Source: Lytechinus pictus (Eukaryota). Taken from it: 64,000 bases of DNA. Positions within the stretch are counted from its first letter, which is position 1, and each line of letters opens with the position of its first letter. Shown piece by piece: positions 12,471 through 27,282 of this stretch. Made by a program: the position numbers and the translations under genes. Location: contig NC_087251.1 in assembly GCF_037042905.1 (NCBI RefSeq), positions 48,238,001 through 48,302,000 on the forward strand. Reading direction: 5' to 3'. A model generated the notes under the pieces. It worked only from the letters and a program-made list of their open reading frames with translations. It searched no databases and was not told the origin of the DNA.

Positions 12471-15400
12471 ATAATTTATTAGTCTCTACTGCAACACTGA
12501 CTACGCATGATCTTCACGTTCATTATGACTGGAAATAGAATAATAGATATAACATGCATGTTTTAAATAGTATCGTATTCTATTTACGTATACATGTATC
12601 TTGAGAACCATATATCATCTTTCCAGCTGGTATAACCATGAAGACTGAACTTCACTGAAGTTTGATCTGATATTAAGCCCTCTCCACACCGACTTTAAAG
12701 GGATTGAGTAACTTTGTTGGAGTTTGCAAAAAGTCTGCGCTCTGGGTTCCTACATGTCCTTCATGCTATCATTGTATACAATAATATTGAAAGAGGAAAT
12801 CCTGGAAATGTTTTGTTTTCATAAACATGGTTTACGTGCTTGCAACATGTATAAAATTCATCATTTTCCTTCCATAGACGGTTGTATTAACGCCCCCGCG
12901 GGACGCTTATCTTTGCGACTGATTGGCATTATAATCCCATGCAGGTGATTCATGTCTGACCTATAAAGTTTGAAAGACATTAGCTGTAAATCAAACAGTC
13001 ATATGAAAGTTTATGTTTAGATTGTGAATGAAATTTAACAATGCCTTAAAAGGGATTTAATACTCGGAAGGTTGCATACAAAATTTTGACATCACGATTT
13101 TACAAAACCATGCAAATCCCCCCATGCCCGTTAATGTTATTTGTCTGTCTATTTACACTTTTCTCGGCATAGTTATTGTTTTCACCGTCTCCACCATCTT
13201 CCACACTCTGTCCCAGGGGTGTATTGTGCCAATAAAAATTGATGGACACAGCTTTGAATGTGTCACAAAATTTCATAAAAGTCTAGAGCGAAATTTAAAA
13301 ACTTTTTGAAATATCAATTTGATTTTGTGATATATTTTGAGTTGACATAATAATATTCAGAAAATAACATCATATCTATTAATCATTTCATTTCATTTTC
13401 CCCTTCTCTTCATTTTTTTATTATCTTGGAACATTGTGGGGGGGGGGGGGGAGGTGATGGCGGCCATGGCCCCAACCTCCCATATTTACGCCAGTGCCCT
13501 TTCTCTTTCACCCGCGCTATCCCTTTCACCATCTCCTTTGCTTCCATTCTCTATTCCTTCCTCCCTACTTCTCTCCGTGTCTCTCAATTAGTATTATCCT
13601 CCATACTATATCTCGTTTCTAGGTCGTGTACATGACTTGTGTTTACCCTGGCGCGTGATCATTCGCGGGAGAAAACGAGATAATGCGATAATAACTGGAT
13701 AATGGCATTAGAATTATAATCACCACCAGGTTATAGTTTGAATGAGAATTTTAAAGAGAATAGTCAGTCTTGAAGTGGGAAAACTTATCAAAGATCTTGG
13801 TCAATGAAGGGTTTTTTTGGGGGAAAGATTTGGTACAATTAAAAATACTTTGCAGGTGCCGCGGAACCGGAGGGGGGTGGGGGGGGGGGGGCGGTGGCCC
13901 ACTTTTATTCAATAAACGTGTTCAAATGACGATCTGATTGTGATCTTATTTTACACGATCAGCTGCCCTTCCCCCTCTTCCGGCTATATAAGCTCGCACC
14001 ATGCCCACATTCTCAAAATCATTCCACAGCCCCTGCTTTACCGAAACTTTTTAGTTTTGTCTCGAAACAAGAGTGCTAATTTACTTTTTTTTTCAATTTA
14101 AGTGATTGAAGAATTGGAAACCGTTCACTGCAATGAAACTTTCAAATTTAAAATAAATTTATTTAGACTAAAAAATAATAACTTTAAGCAGATAAACCAT
14201 CGCTTAATGCTAATTTGAATAGGTTTTTTTTTCTCGAAAAGTGATGGTTTTGGAGATTGTTTTTTTTGAAAGGCTTGAAATGTCTGTCCATAATGCAAAG
14301 AACATTGCAAAATTTTAGGAAGTATAAAAATAATACGACCCTGCGGAAATCCGTACCATATTTTTGTGTCTGAAATTAGCCCCCTCATCTTCTTCAAATA
14401 TCATGTTTTTGTTGTTGTTGTAACGTATAGGCCTATGCGGTGATATGGAAATGTAAAATTCATTTGTTTATTTTTGTTATTACTAAGCATTGCCTCGATA
14501 GTGACTCAGAATTTGATTGTATTTACATGTCTAATATTGATGTTATTTCATTTGTTAAGTTGTGATTATGTTCTCATCCGATCATTTATGAAAAACAGCT
14601 TTTTACTGATCTTTTGTACCTGAATAAATATATTCAAACAAATAAGAACAATGATGTTTTTTTTTGTTTTCTATTTTCAGAGACCGTCTTAAGTTGTAAC
14701 GATTCATGCCATATTACGTAACTCCAGCTGTTTATTGGCCATTGCAATAAAATAGATGTTGGTATAGATTTTGAGATTCTTTGGGCTCCATGAATTAAGT
14801 GTTTATATACCTCCAGTATACCAACAATGTTTTCGTTGGCGGATCCAGGGATTTTTCTTAGGGAGGGGGACCCCAAAGCACCCTTACTTTCTGACCAGCT
14901 CCCAGAGAAGTCAAAAGTAACAACACTTACGATTTTCCGTCAATTTTATTTGCAATAAATCACTAAGTAAAAAAATGTTTTTCTAATGTACTTTTTATTT
15001 TAGAATTTTTTTTTCCCTAGGGGAGGGGGTAGAAATTGAGCCATTTTCTCGTGTACCAAGTTGCAGTTGAGAGTGAGATCGAAAGATCAGCAATGTTGAT
15101 GTAGCACATTGTTAATCATGTCCTAGATAGTTGGGAATAAGTTGCAATACGATTAGGCACGAGGATGATATGACATTGTTATCAGGATATGAATAATGAG
15201 CATTAGTGTATGATACATATATGCAACTGCAATTTTTTCTTCCTCTCCGAATAATGGCTTTGGCTGCATTGCTCGGGTGAATGATTTTCATTTACCAAGT
15301 GCATTGGATCACTGTGAGCTAAAAGATGACTATCCCTACTATACGTGAGTCAATTAACATCATGTCCTCCTTGGGATTTTCCCGTCCTCCTTAATTGTAC

Positions 15401-16299
15401 TCTGGGGTCTGGAGTGTATGTTGTCGATAGAGAGTCAATAGACAGTCGAAAACCGGGTCGAAAACGAGCAAACTTTCACCTTCTTAGGAGTGAAAGGAGG
15501 GGCAACTGAATTTCGAGTCAGAGAGAAGGATGATTGTTTTCTCTTCAGTTTATTCAGCAAAACAAATCGTTTCTTTGTCTTATTACTTTTTTTTGCTATG
15601 GGGTTTTGCAAGCTTGAGTTGCTTTTTAGAGGCCTTGGTTCATTTCATTTATTATTGGTTTGTGAATGATTTTCTGTTTTTGAAAATGTCGAATATATTC
15701 AATTTAATGAAATTCCGTGAAAATGCCATGCTATATCAATGTGATTTTACTTCTCGGTGATCATGATTCTTTAGCTCTATGTAATTTACACGTCAAACAA
15801 CAACGGGGTCTGTAGACAAACCTAGCACAATATATTTTTTTTATCAAGCCTGGCGCATTTTACACCGTTTCCATTTACCCCCTGTGGCTTTGAAATTCAG
15901 TCCATTTTATTTTTCGGAAACTTTCGACAATACGAGGGGGTCGTATGCCTACCTCATACAGTCTCGTGGACGTCTATCTCGCCTGTGTTACGCCAATCGA
16001 GCCGACAGTACAAACTCAGTGGCGTACATCGGAGCGTGTATATTTTATTTGTAGCTTTGCTAGAGCATGGACCTATTCCATGGCTAGAGGCAGCTCGGGT
16101 AATGACAGGTGACACCATACAGTGTCACTGTCACCTTCTATTTGCATTCTTGAAAATGATTCCTCATGGAGGGAAATTAAAGGATGCATGGAGACGAGAT
16201 GGGTACACAGTTAGTACACACCCATTCTATTAGCGTTTTCGTGCATGTTGGCGAGGTATTTATAGCAAAAGGCGTAGAATACCTTTTGTATTGGGTAGA

Positions 16300-16390
16300 A
16301 GCATAAGCATAATTTTAAGCACAAGTATAAGCATAGGTATAAGCATAGGTATAAGTATAGGTATAAGTATAAGCATAGGTATAAGCATTT
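16300..16390. repeat. 6/12-bp minisatellite (AAGCATAGGTAT-like)
   Basis: Direct tandem repeat. Confidence 0.85.
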
Positions 16391-17307
16391 GAGTGGGGTC
16401 ATGTGGTATACAACAAAAGACTACGGGGTTGATTGGTGTATTGAGAAGTCCACACGATTCATTTTAATTTAGTGTTATTTTTGGTGTTATTACAACAATT
16501 TTAGTTGTTCCTTTGTTACTTTGTGGAATTGCGGTGTTATGTTCATTCTCTAGGGTGTATTTTATCACCTTACGGTGTGGTTCACCATCTGATTTCAAAT
16601 TTCAACAACTGAGTTTCGGCTGTGTATTATTAATGGTTGATTTGTGATTGCGATTCTCAGCTGTGTAGCATGAAAACAACAACAATTTCAAAGGTTCTTA
16701 AACTATGCGATGGGGGAATAGATTTTAACCTGTATGCTCAGTGATGGCCGCTGGTTTATCTTCATTTCCTTTTAAATTAAGATGTCATATCATTGTGAAA
16801 GGATCGTCCTCGTTTAGAGATATTTTTGTTAAAATGTGCTTTAGCTAATAATTTGATTACAAGTAATAATTCCACCCTTTCTTGGTCATTCTCTACTTTA
16901 AATCGGATGTAATACCAGCAAATTGGTTATTTTGACAATTAGTGTATAGTTGGCGATATAAACGTTGACGAGATCGAGAATTTCAAAATGAAGATAGGAG
17001 CTTGAGCTCTACTTGATTTTTGTATTTTCGAATTATTGCTCTTGCGTAGGCCGTGCACGTGGATGGGATGAATTTTTGTAATTACGTTTCACACTTGGCG
17101 ATCTGTCGTAAGAGATCAGAAAGGTGAGAATCACACAGTTCTATCCATGACCTCTAAAATTGACTCAGGATGTTAGCATGACTTTCGCCGGGGTTTGAAA
17201 TGATGATGGTACCTATAAAGAAGGTCCACCAACTCCATTGATCACATTAATAGGCCTACTATATGGGAAAACCACGTCTGATTCTTAATATTCATCAATA
17301 AACAAGC

Positions 17308-17575
17308 TATCCCTACTGGAGAGAACACAGTGTTTTAATGTTCCACAGTGTGTGCAACTGAACGTTAGCTTTTCAACAGTGTGAATGACATATTCACATA
17401 GTCGACCATGTGAACACGCCGTGAACAGTCGCACTGTCGAGGTGTTCACAGTGTGAAAATATATTCACACTGTTCAATTTGAGCATTATATATACATTAA
17501 CAGTGTGAATAATATTAGGCCTATCTCATAGGCCACTGTGATCACACTGTGTGACACGTCTATCCAGCAGAGATA
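17308..17575. mobile_element. Small TIR element with internal CACAGTGTGAA repeats
   Basis: TATCCCTACTGGAGAGA / TCTATCCAGCAGAGATA imperfect inverted ends; internal repeated CACAGTGTG/CACACTGT. Confidence 0.5.
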
Positions 17576-17979
17576 GTCAATTGATATACATGTACATGAA
17601 GGCCCTTTTTTCACATGATGAATAATGTTTTCAATTTGCCTGAAGTTTTGGAACTCAGAAATATGTGGGCATCAATATACATAATTATGCAGACCATGTA
17701 ACTTCATGTACATACATGTGACTCTGCGGACACGCGTCTGCGAGTGGTTTTGGAATAATCACTTTTTTCAAGTATATATCGATGAGGTTTGACGTGTTTG
17801 GCATGAAGGGTATATACGAACAGACCAATAATTGATAAAAGTGGTTTATTCATATTGAATTTTCCAAAACCTGATGAAGTAATATTGTTTATTGATTTCA
17901 TTGATGTTTCGTGCATGTTAGATACCCCGCACTCCGCCATTCTTTGCAATAAACAATCAAATAGGCATGTTTTTTAAGC

Positions 17980-18360
17980 GAGTTGCCAATTCGTCTACTG
18001 CCAACTCGTCCACTCACCACATGGTCTACTCGTATTTAGTCTAATGCCATTCATTCCACCAACATTTCGTCTAACAACCATTTGGTCCAATAACCATCTG
18101 GGATTTGGTCCAATCATCACTTCGTCTAATCACCATTTCGTCTCATAACCAGTTGGTCTAATATCCATTTCAATTTCAATCATTTTGCACAATTAACACT
18201 TAGTCCCATTAGACCAAATGGTATATGGACTAAATGGCTATTGGACCAACTGGTTATTAGACGAAATGATGAATGGACGAATTGACAATTAGACCATGTT
18301 GATAGTCGACGAACTGATGGTGGACCAAATGATAGTAGACGAGTTGGCAATTGGACGAAT
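17980..18360. mobile_element. Inverted-repeat MITE built of short TTCGTCTAA/TTGGTCCAA units
   Basis: TTGCCAATTCGTCTACT at left versus AGTAGACGAGTTGGCAA at right; unit orientation flips mid-element. Confidence 0.65.
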
Positions 18361-19189
18361 TTTAATACTAGTAGATGATTTGGGAATAAACCGTTGTTTG
18401 ACATGTTGAGTCGGTTAATGCCATAAGATGCTAATCAAATGATTTTGAGCTGTAATATTTGTAAGCCGGGCACGTATTATTTAAGTAAAGCCTCGTCAAT
18501 AAAGTCAATAATTAAAAGCATTCATGTATCGTAAAGTGTACGTGTCTGATTTTCAAAATTTCTACATGACTTTGTGATTTCGCTACCAAACTTCTTTGGC
18601 TATCAGAAACGCGTCCATCATGAATATTTTTGGAACACAGCAGGGAAACTAAACGTGAGAAATCCTTCAACAAATATTCTTAGTCATCTGGGAGATTTGG
18701 CATCAACACCACTTGATGGAAAACAAAAATCAGGAGAATCGTTGGAAATGAAAAAATGGGCGTTATCTCAACCACGTCATGCAGAGGGAAAAAGAAAGTT
18801 TGCAGTAATCACGCTGACGAAATGTAATGCAGTTTGGCAACGTGAAACTTACAGCAGCTCAGAACCATACACATCTCTGCTGCATCGCATTGAGGAATAT
18901 CATATGGGAGAAATATAATGATATCTTCGTTAGCCGGAGGTTGGGAAGAATATGCAGACTGAGGTGTTTTATCGGACACCGTTTCTTCTCTGCCAAAGTT
19001 TGCATTGGAAAAGTTACGGGTTTGTTTCGATGACACATTCATAATTGGTATAGGAAATTTATGAGGTTCATGCCATCATGCATGTGAAATATTCAGAAGT
19101 GAGCTTACGAGGGAAAGTCTGATCATTGTGAATGGGGTTTGAACAATTTCGGGGTGAATAAATGAGAAGAGGGGGGAGAGAGGGATGTA

Positions 19190-19341
19190 CACTCTAAAAA
19201 TGAAGTGCTAATTTAGCACTTAAAATGTCCTTGTTTGAGTGCTGATTTTCTAGTTCAAATTTGAATGACTAAACGAGCACTTAAAGTGCAGTCACTATAC
19301 AAGGACATTAACGCTGAATTAGCACTTTATTTTTTAGGGTG
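19190..19341. mobile_element. TA-flanked MITE
   Basis: TA|CACTCTAAAAATGAAGTGCTAATT ... AATTAGCACTTTATTTTTTAGGGTG|TA. Confidence 0.75.
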
Positions 19342-21059
19342 TATAATATAGAAAGACAGATCGAGAGAAGGGAGGTGAGAGGGAGGGGTAATAGGGGAAG
19401 GAAGGGACTCGCAAAGGAGGGAGGTAGAAAGAGAGAGAGAGAGAAAGAGAGAGAGAAATGGAAGAATGAGAGAATGATAAAGTTAGTAAATAATAGAGGG
19501 AAGGTAGGGACTCGGATTTATATATTGAAATCAAATGATTAAGGAAAGGGGGAGGGATGAGGGAGGGAGGGTGGATAGGTGGGTGGTGCTGACATCGTTC
19601 ATCTTTTTTTTTGGTCTGAAAACATTTACAAATCGACGCCCTCAATTGCAGTCTGCACCTACAAATATGCTTTCCACCATAATGCGCGCATGCTCAATCA
19701 TATTTTCATGTGTGTGCGTGTGCAAGTGAGTGTGGGTGCGTGTGCCTGTGTATGTGTTAGTGACTCTTTTTAATTCTGTGCTCCTATCGTGGCTTAAACT
19801 GATGTTTCAGAAACACCAATATTAATTAGCAGTAAGCTTAAAGCAAATTTTGCGCTCCACTCAATGTGACTTTGTGGAAAAAAAAGAAAGGGTCTTTTTT
19901 AATTAAATGGATCGATGAAGACGATTGATAAGCAAACAAGCAAACCCTTTAGGATGTATGCAATAGAAATTAAAATGCTATGTAAAAGCTGTTTGATCGT
20001 TTTGATAGCTTTACAGTAGTAAAGTGTCTGCTAAGTGGCAAGGTGGTGGTTAGCTGGGTTGTTACAGGTGAAATTATGCTTATCCTTTAGTTTTAGAATA
20101 AACGAAAAAAAAAATAAAGAGGAAAAAATCCTACGAAAATAGATGGTATATGTTGTGATAAGGCGCTTTTTAGAAAGAGGAGAAAAAGTATTAATTTGTT
20201 TATGTGCGCAATAGTTGAGGATTTGCGTGTGTGGGGTGAGCGTGCATGAGTGTTGGGTGTGTAAAAGATATAATAAAAGTGAAAGGGGGAGAAGAAAGAG
20301 AGATGAATGGAGGGAGAGAGAGACTGAGAGGGAAGGTAAGATCGTGTATATTTTGTAAGTATAAATATTACTATGAATTTTTTCGAATGGAAAGGATTAC
20401 AAACTTTTGAATTTGATATGCTTATTTGCAAATGTACAAAACAAATGGAAGCATAACCAAACAGTAACACCTCCCCGATATAATAAGATAAATGCGACTT
20501 TTACTAAAGTGACTAGCGGGAAAATAGATTACTTACTAGTTTGTGAAATTTACATTGAGTTGATTAGAATGCTCTAGAATGCATTTCCCACGTGACCAAC
20601 ATCCCAATACTTCTGTAAAAAGGTAATATAGATTTTGTATGAAAGAAAATATCGTCGATATACAATAGAGCTGTGTGTGTGTCGTATCTCTTCCCTAGCA
20701 TTTTCTCGTCTGTAAATTTAATTTCTTTAAAAAAAAAACCCAAAAAAGGGAAAATCATGAAAAATGAGTTTTAACGTAGCGTTGAAGAGCTGGCCCCAAG
20801 AGAAATCAATGGTTTACCAATTCGCCTGTATAAACAGAACTATCGATCACATTACGAAATCTAATGAATTGCTCATTTTCGATTTGAATGTTTTCAAATT
20901 TCACCGGTCTATTTCTCCTGTTTTCTCGTCAAAATGTGTTTATAGTTTATTGAAGACTTTTATACTGAGTTGCCCCCCCCCCCGACGTCTTTGATTTCTC
21001 CACATATACCTAGATGTATATGTGTAGAGGTGAAGCAATCTGCAGTAGATTTTACCGTT

Positions 21060-21385
21060 ATTGATGATGATTAATGATGGAGGTGGTGTTGGTGGTGGTG
21101 GTGATGATGATAATTATATTATTGATGGTATTGATGACCGTGATGATGCTCGAGATGAAGGTGATGATAATGGTGATGAGGATATTATTGATGATTATGT
21201 TATTGATGAAAATATTGATGATGATGATGATATGATGATGATGATGATAATGATACTAGTGATGATAATGATGATGGTGGTGGTGGTGATATTGTTGATG
21301 GTAATGATAGTGATGATGTTTATGATGATGGTGATGATAATGGTGTTGATGAAAATATTGATGATGATAGTGATGATATGATAAT
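21060..21385. repeat. (GAT/GGT)n degenerate microsatellite
   Basis: Direct trinucleotide repeat; explains the Asp/Met-rich ORF 21061..21381. Confidence 0.9.
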
Positions 21386-23859
21386 TAATAGGGAGCGGGG
21401 GGGGGGGGGGTCATTATTTTGTATCCATGTAACATGTAATTTTATCGTATGTACAAAAAAATGACGCGTAAAAAGATAATAGAACATATTATTTTCTCTC
21501 AGTTTTGTTGGGGCTGCTACGAAAGTCGAGCTTTGTAAAACACTGACCCGCGTTCCAAACTAATCAATTAGTTATCTCCTGTTCAACCCCCAGGCTTTAT
21601 ATTTTGCAGAGTGATATCCCCAAATGACAGGTGCTTGGAGTATTACAGTTGTCTTTTCAGACACATCTTCAAATTGCCATTTTTGCGTCGTATAGAGGAA
21701 AATGAAGGGGATGCCCGGGGGAGGGGTGGATGGGGGGGGGGCGGGTGGCTTTGGGGGGGTTAAAGGGATAGGGGATATAAAGAAATCGGGAACACACGTC
21801 TGACTTTTCTTGTGTGTTCGAAGTTCCTTGATCAAAGATGCATGAGAGAGGTCCAGTATGGGCTCTGTGAGAGGGAAGCGACCATGTTAAAGAAGCCCAA
21901 CAGGGGAGGGGGTCGGGGTATTAGTTGGCCTACCCCTGCGCCCCCCCTCCCCATCAGCGCCTATTCACTCACAGCGTCAACCCTTGGGATGGAGTTGACA
22001 GGCACTGTCCCCACTTGTATCTAGTTGAAACTTTGATAAAGAAATTGGAAATTTGGCTTCAAAATTAAATATTCCATTGTAAATTCCCCTTACATAAAGC
22101 AATATCCCTGTTTCGAATGATAATATTCCTATTCAATGTTTATTATGCAATGTATTCCATGTTGGCCTCTGCCTCTAGCTCTCTTTTGTGCACGCCTTGT
22201 CCCACTATTGTGTTTTCTCTCGTATCATCTCTACAAATCCTTGCCTAAGCTCGCGATTTTATCTGAATACCTCACCCTCGCATATTCCTATGTAAACTTC
22301 TTGTTCGCCCGTTCTCATCTATTTTTGATCCATTCCGGGCATTTCTTTTCAAAAATAAAATAATTCCGTCGGGGATCACAAGTGCTTGCGAAATTGCATT
22401 TTCTAACTATACTCCACGGTGTCGATAGTCATTGACCTAGCCAGAAGCAGTTAGTCAGTCTTTGGAGGGAGGAGATGGGGAAAAAAAAACCATCACAATT
22501 TGTGTATTCCTTTTGCCTTTGGCAGATGCGTCATTCATTGAATTTCCATTAAAGCTCGTGGATAGTGTTGGTAAAGGATACAAAAATTCCAGTTGAATGG
22601 ATCTTTCCTATTGAATAACGATTGCTGATGATGATTCAATGCGAAATTGACAGAATTTCTTCTTGGAAATATTAAATTTTAAATAAACTCCGAGAAATAA
22701 AATCATTCTCCTCGGCTGAATTTCAAAGACAGTTCGCTGAATTTATGCGCACTTATATAGCGCCCACTTTCGTCCACGACTGATTTTTCCCCCTGTTAGT
22801 TGATCACTAGCCGTTCCACTTTTAGCAAACCGAAATATCCCTGCGAGCGTAGTCTGCTAATTCCGTGTGCGCGCTCGTCGATCATTGTTCCTTAGTTTTA
22901 GCATGGCCTCCGTCGAGTCTCTCCCCCAGCGAGTTCGGCGAGGAGCACAGCTAGGAAACCGATGAATTTTTGTTAGATGGGTTAGATAATTATTAAAAAA
23001 AATGTGGACTAACTTACCCCTTATGCTGTCCCTCCAACCTGTAGTTCACATGTTACAGTAGTTTATTTTGACGTTCATGAAAACGTATTAGAGATGAGTC
23101 TGTCAAAATTTTGGCTACAAATTTCCACGTGCGACAAGATTGGTTCATGGTTCTTGAAACTGCGAGATACATTATACTGCATGCTGCATGCGATGCGATG
23201 CGATGGACATTGGTCACGCTCGCTCAGCTCGGCGCTTCGGCCTGACATTCTCTCACGCTTTATCCAACTCTATGCATTCTGTTCATACACACTTTTGCGT
23301 GTACGATGTGTTCATGTCTTTCACGTCATATTTCAGCGCATGCATTGGGGAAGGGAAATTAATTTGGAAGTGGGAAAAGGGAGAAAAGAAGAAAGGGAAA
23401 GGTAAAAAAAAAAAGAGGATAACAAGTAAAGGAAAAGAAAGAACAAATGAGGCAAGGGAAACAGGAAATAAGAATGGAACGAGCTAACATGATAGCAGAG
23501 GCAGATCAATTTCGCGGCCAATATCACGAATATGGGGGGGGGGGGGGGGGGGGGGTTTCACCCATTATTTTCCACGATCGACCGCTCTGAGTTGATTTTT
23601 GTTTGTTTCTTTCTTTGAAGGTGTATACCTAACAGTCAGCTTTATTCTTATAAAACAACATAAATGCAGGGGCCGCAGAATGGTTTTCAAAGTGAGGGGG
23701 GCTGAGTCAAATGTTTTTTTTTTTTGGGGGGGGGTGACCATGCAAAAAATCACAATCAAATGGTCATTTTTACTTTTTTGAACACGGTTATGGAAAAAAG
23801 CAGGGGCTGGAGTCCCCCCTCGCTTCCGCGACCCCTGAAATGTATAATCCTATACGTAC

Positions 23860-25905
23860 TATTCAATATAGTGCGAGTGATGCGCGAGTTAAAATTTTTC
23901 GTAAATGTCATATTTTGTCCTGAAAATAAAACATCTAACTAATAACTATACTGCAAATACGAAGTACGAGCAGATTTTTTTTTCATATATATTCTGGCCT
24001 GATAAACAAGGGACCTGTTCTGATTGTAGTAGCCATGAAGACGATACATAGGCCTATATAATTATGATGGCCTATTTCAAGAATGGAATAATGCGAGCGC
24101 GAAGTGCGGGCTGAACATTTTTGACATTCCAACAAGAAAAATTGACATTCTAAGCATTAATCCTGAACTGAATAGGTATATAACTAGACAATACGAGCAA
24201 TAAGCGCGATGGGGAAAATTAAGATTTAGAGCTAAAAACGGGACACTAGTTCATGTTTTGTAAGGCGTGAAGATGGGTAATTAGGCATCTTCCTACGTAA
24301 TGCGAGCGGGAAGTGCGAGCAGAATTCTAATCTGAAAACTATTTCAAACACTGAAAATGAAACTGACTGGATGTGGATCGCACTCAATAAATGATTCAAG
24401 CGCGAAGCTCGAGCGGATATTTTTCGGAAATTATTCTGACCTAGGACGGGAACATTCTAAGGACATTTTGTCATATGAAAATAGAAATTATCTACCTATT
24501 AAGTGTCCCCAAGCGCGAGATGAAAATTCTTTCAATTATAAAAAAAGACAATATAGTGATTAGCAATTCATGAAATGTTATTGTTATTATCTTATTTATT
24601 ACTCTAATAAGCCCAATAAGAGCGAGAAATTTGTTAATATCAATTTTTGAAAACTGGATATTCTAAGTATTTTTCTATTTATGAATAGAAGGCATTGGTT
24701 GATATATCTTTAACAATTAATGCGAGCGCAAATCACGAACCGATTTTTTTTAATAAATTGTCATGAAAAGGGATTTTAAATAGTTTGTTATAGAGATAAA
24801 TAACTAACCAATCGAAATGTGAGCGCGCAGCGCTAGCTGATAGGTTTTGACAATCAGAGCTGATATGTTTTGACAATCAGACCTGAATAAGAATATTTTG
24901 AGAATTTATTGTAAATACGAAGACTAGAGATTTGGTACTTGACAAATAATGCGAGCACGTAGCGCGAGCTGCATTGATACTCGATCAGACCATAAACGGA
25001 CTACGGCTGCACATTAAAAAAAATCAATTTGTAAATCAAGCAACGTGATATTTTAAGCTCCATATCAGCCCATTGAGGATTATTTGTATCTCGATATCAA
25101 ACATGCAAGTGCGAGCGAAAAATTCATATAGTGATATGAAAGATTCTTATTTTTTTTGTATTTTCCAAGTCTTCTTCTCACCTTATTTTTTTCATTTGTC
25201 TTCCTCCTCTTTTCCTCCTTTTTTTCTCCTCTCTTTTCCCTTTTTTTATTTTCCCCACTCCTAGAGGGACCCGGGAACTTCGCCCTGGATCCGCGCTCGC
25301 ATTATTCATGTTATTAATCTAGAAAGATCCCAAATTACTCATCCCTTTCATTATTTACAAAACATGAATGATGTGTCCCGTTTTAGTCTAAATCTCTTTT
25401 TTTTTACGCTCGCGCTTCGCCCTCGCATCAATAGTTCAGTGATATACATATCCTGTTTACGTTTACAAAAAAGCTTAGAATTTCCCTTCTTTAGGTAAAA
25501 ATGTACTTCTATTTGATTGTTGAAATATGCAACGCATTCATGGCTAACTGCAAGACGTCCTTGACAGGTGCATGGTTCCTTTTCGATCAGATCAAAACGT
25601 ATATTTAAAATTTCTGTTCACGCTTCGCAGTAATTATTTAGTTGCATATATACATGATTCGTTCAGGCTCACAAACATTGCCCAGAATGTTAAAATTTCA
25701 AATACAAAATTAGCTCGCGCTTCGCGCTCGAACTATTTATATAAGGCTTATGAGATTATTAAATATTTATGTTGATTTATAGGAATACAGCTAATGGACT
25801 ACCCCTTCAAATAAACATACATAAATCAACTTCGAGCGGCCGATTGTGGAAAATGTGACTGAAAAATCCCCCCCCCCATATCAGCGAAGCTGGATCCGCC
25901 CCTGT
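23860..25905. repeat. Degenerate array of GCGAGCGCGAAGCGCGAGC motifs (hAT-like MITE remnants)
   Basis: Motif recurs roughly every 100-130 bp, in one orientation to ~25120 and reversed from ~25290; GGATCCGCCCCTG end at ~25904. Confidence 0.6.
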
Positions 25906-27282
25906 ACCCAACATATCATTTGTAAATATGCCTCTATAAAGGAGCTATATACAGTTCTTTACTTGTGTTTCTGCTCAGACTCATTAGAAAGGTGCAAATT
26001 GGAAACTTGAAACTGATCATGCATCCAGTGCCATTTGGCCAGGGTATACCAATCATGGTACAAGAGCGATTTATATAGTTTATGGCAATATCGAATTGGA
26101 CTGTGTCAGGCAAGGTCGCCAATTATAGTAAAAAGATTCTTATAAAATTTTACGTTGTGAAGAAAGTTCAAAAATGGTCACTCGTTTCGTGTTAGATGTC
26201 AAGTAAGATTTTTTATTTATTGGAACGTGGAACAAAAGAAAATGTATCATTTTGGATTTTGAAATAAAAATTGGTGGAAACAGCAAAACAGACGGGCCCA
26301 TATTTTATAATAGCAATTTTCGTACATTTAGCTCTATTGTGCAAGACTCTCTTACACTGGGGAAATGAAACAGAATATATGATAAATGACCATGCATGAA
26401 TGAATGAATAAATGCATACAATTATTAAAGTAAATAAATAAAAATGTATGTCTATGAGCAATTTTCAAAATATACCTTGGTCGCCCCCAGCCCTGATCCG
26501 CCAATTTACATGTGGAAAGAAAAATTATGGGAAAACTGGCGTATATGCTGTATTCTCGACCGCTGGTCTTTCTCACATTCATAAAATATTTTGGGAATAA
26601 GTTTTGACTTTATAAAATTATGAAGTCAGATATCTTTTCATTACAAGAGATTCGTACTTTGTTTCGTTGACAAACAAAAATTACACGTTTTATACAGCCG
26701 AAGGCCAAATACTTGCTCGTGCAGTATTATTTTGTCCACCCTATGCGATTGGTGAGGTGGGGGGGGGGGGGGGGGTAGGCCTATTGGGGAAGGGATAGGC
26801 CATGCAGTTGAACAAATAGGCATTTTCACAAGAAAGTGTGTGTGAAGAAATAATATTACTTCAATACACTATGAATTATGATGCAATTAATTTAGGCCGA
26901 TATCGCAACATGTTTGTTTTGGGTTTTTTTGCTTTTCTCTCACTCATAACAGTCCGAGTGACAATATATATCCGGTTATTCATGAGGGACGTGTATCGTT
27001 TGGTTGTCAAGTTAGAAACAAAGAATTGCAATAATAAAGTTTGTCAGACTAGACAAATTCCCAACGACTCGTTCCCATGCAGCTCGATCCCCACCCAACC
27101 CCCCTCCCCTACGTTCTTTCTTTCTCTATATATAATTTCTTTCTTTCATTGCATTTTTTCCCCTTCCCGTTCTTTCACCTCCTTTTTCTGATAATGACTT
27201 GAAAATCGATCAGTGCTTGGCTTGTAAATCATTGTCCCTGCCATTTTTTTTGCATCTCTCCCACAGTTCAATGTTTAATTAA

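Noticed and set aside
18574..18918. 114-aa ORF
   Set aside because: GTG start, no recognisable motif, no convincing splice sites.
21061..21381. Asp/Met-rich 106-aa ORF
   Set aside because: (GAT)n microsatellite.
23860..25730. CRISPR-like repeat-spacer array
   Set aside because: Eukaryotic context, degenerate repeats, irregular long spacers that resemble each other, no cas genes.
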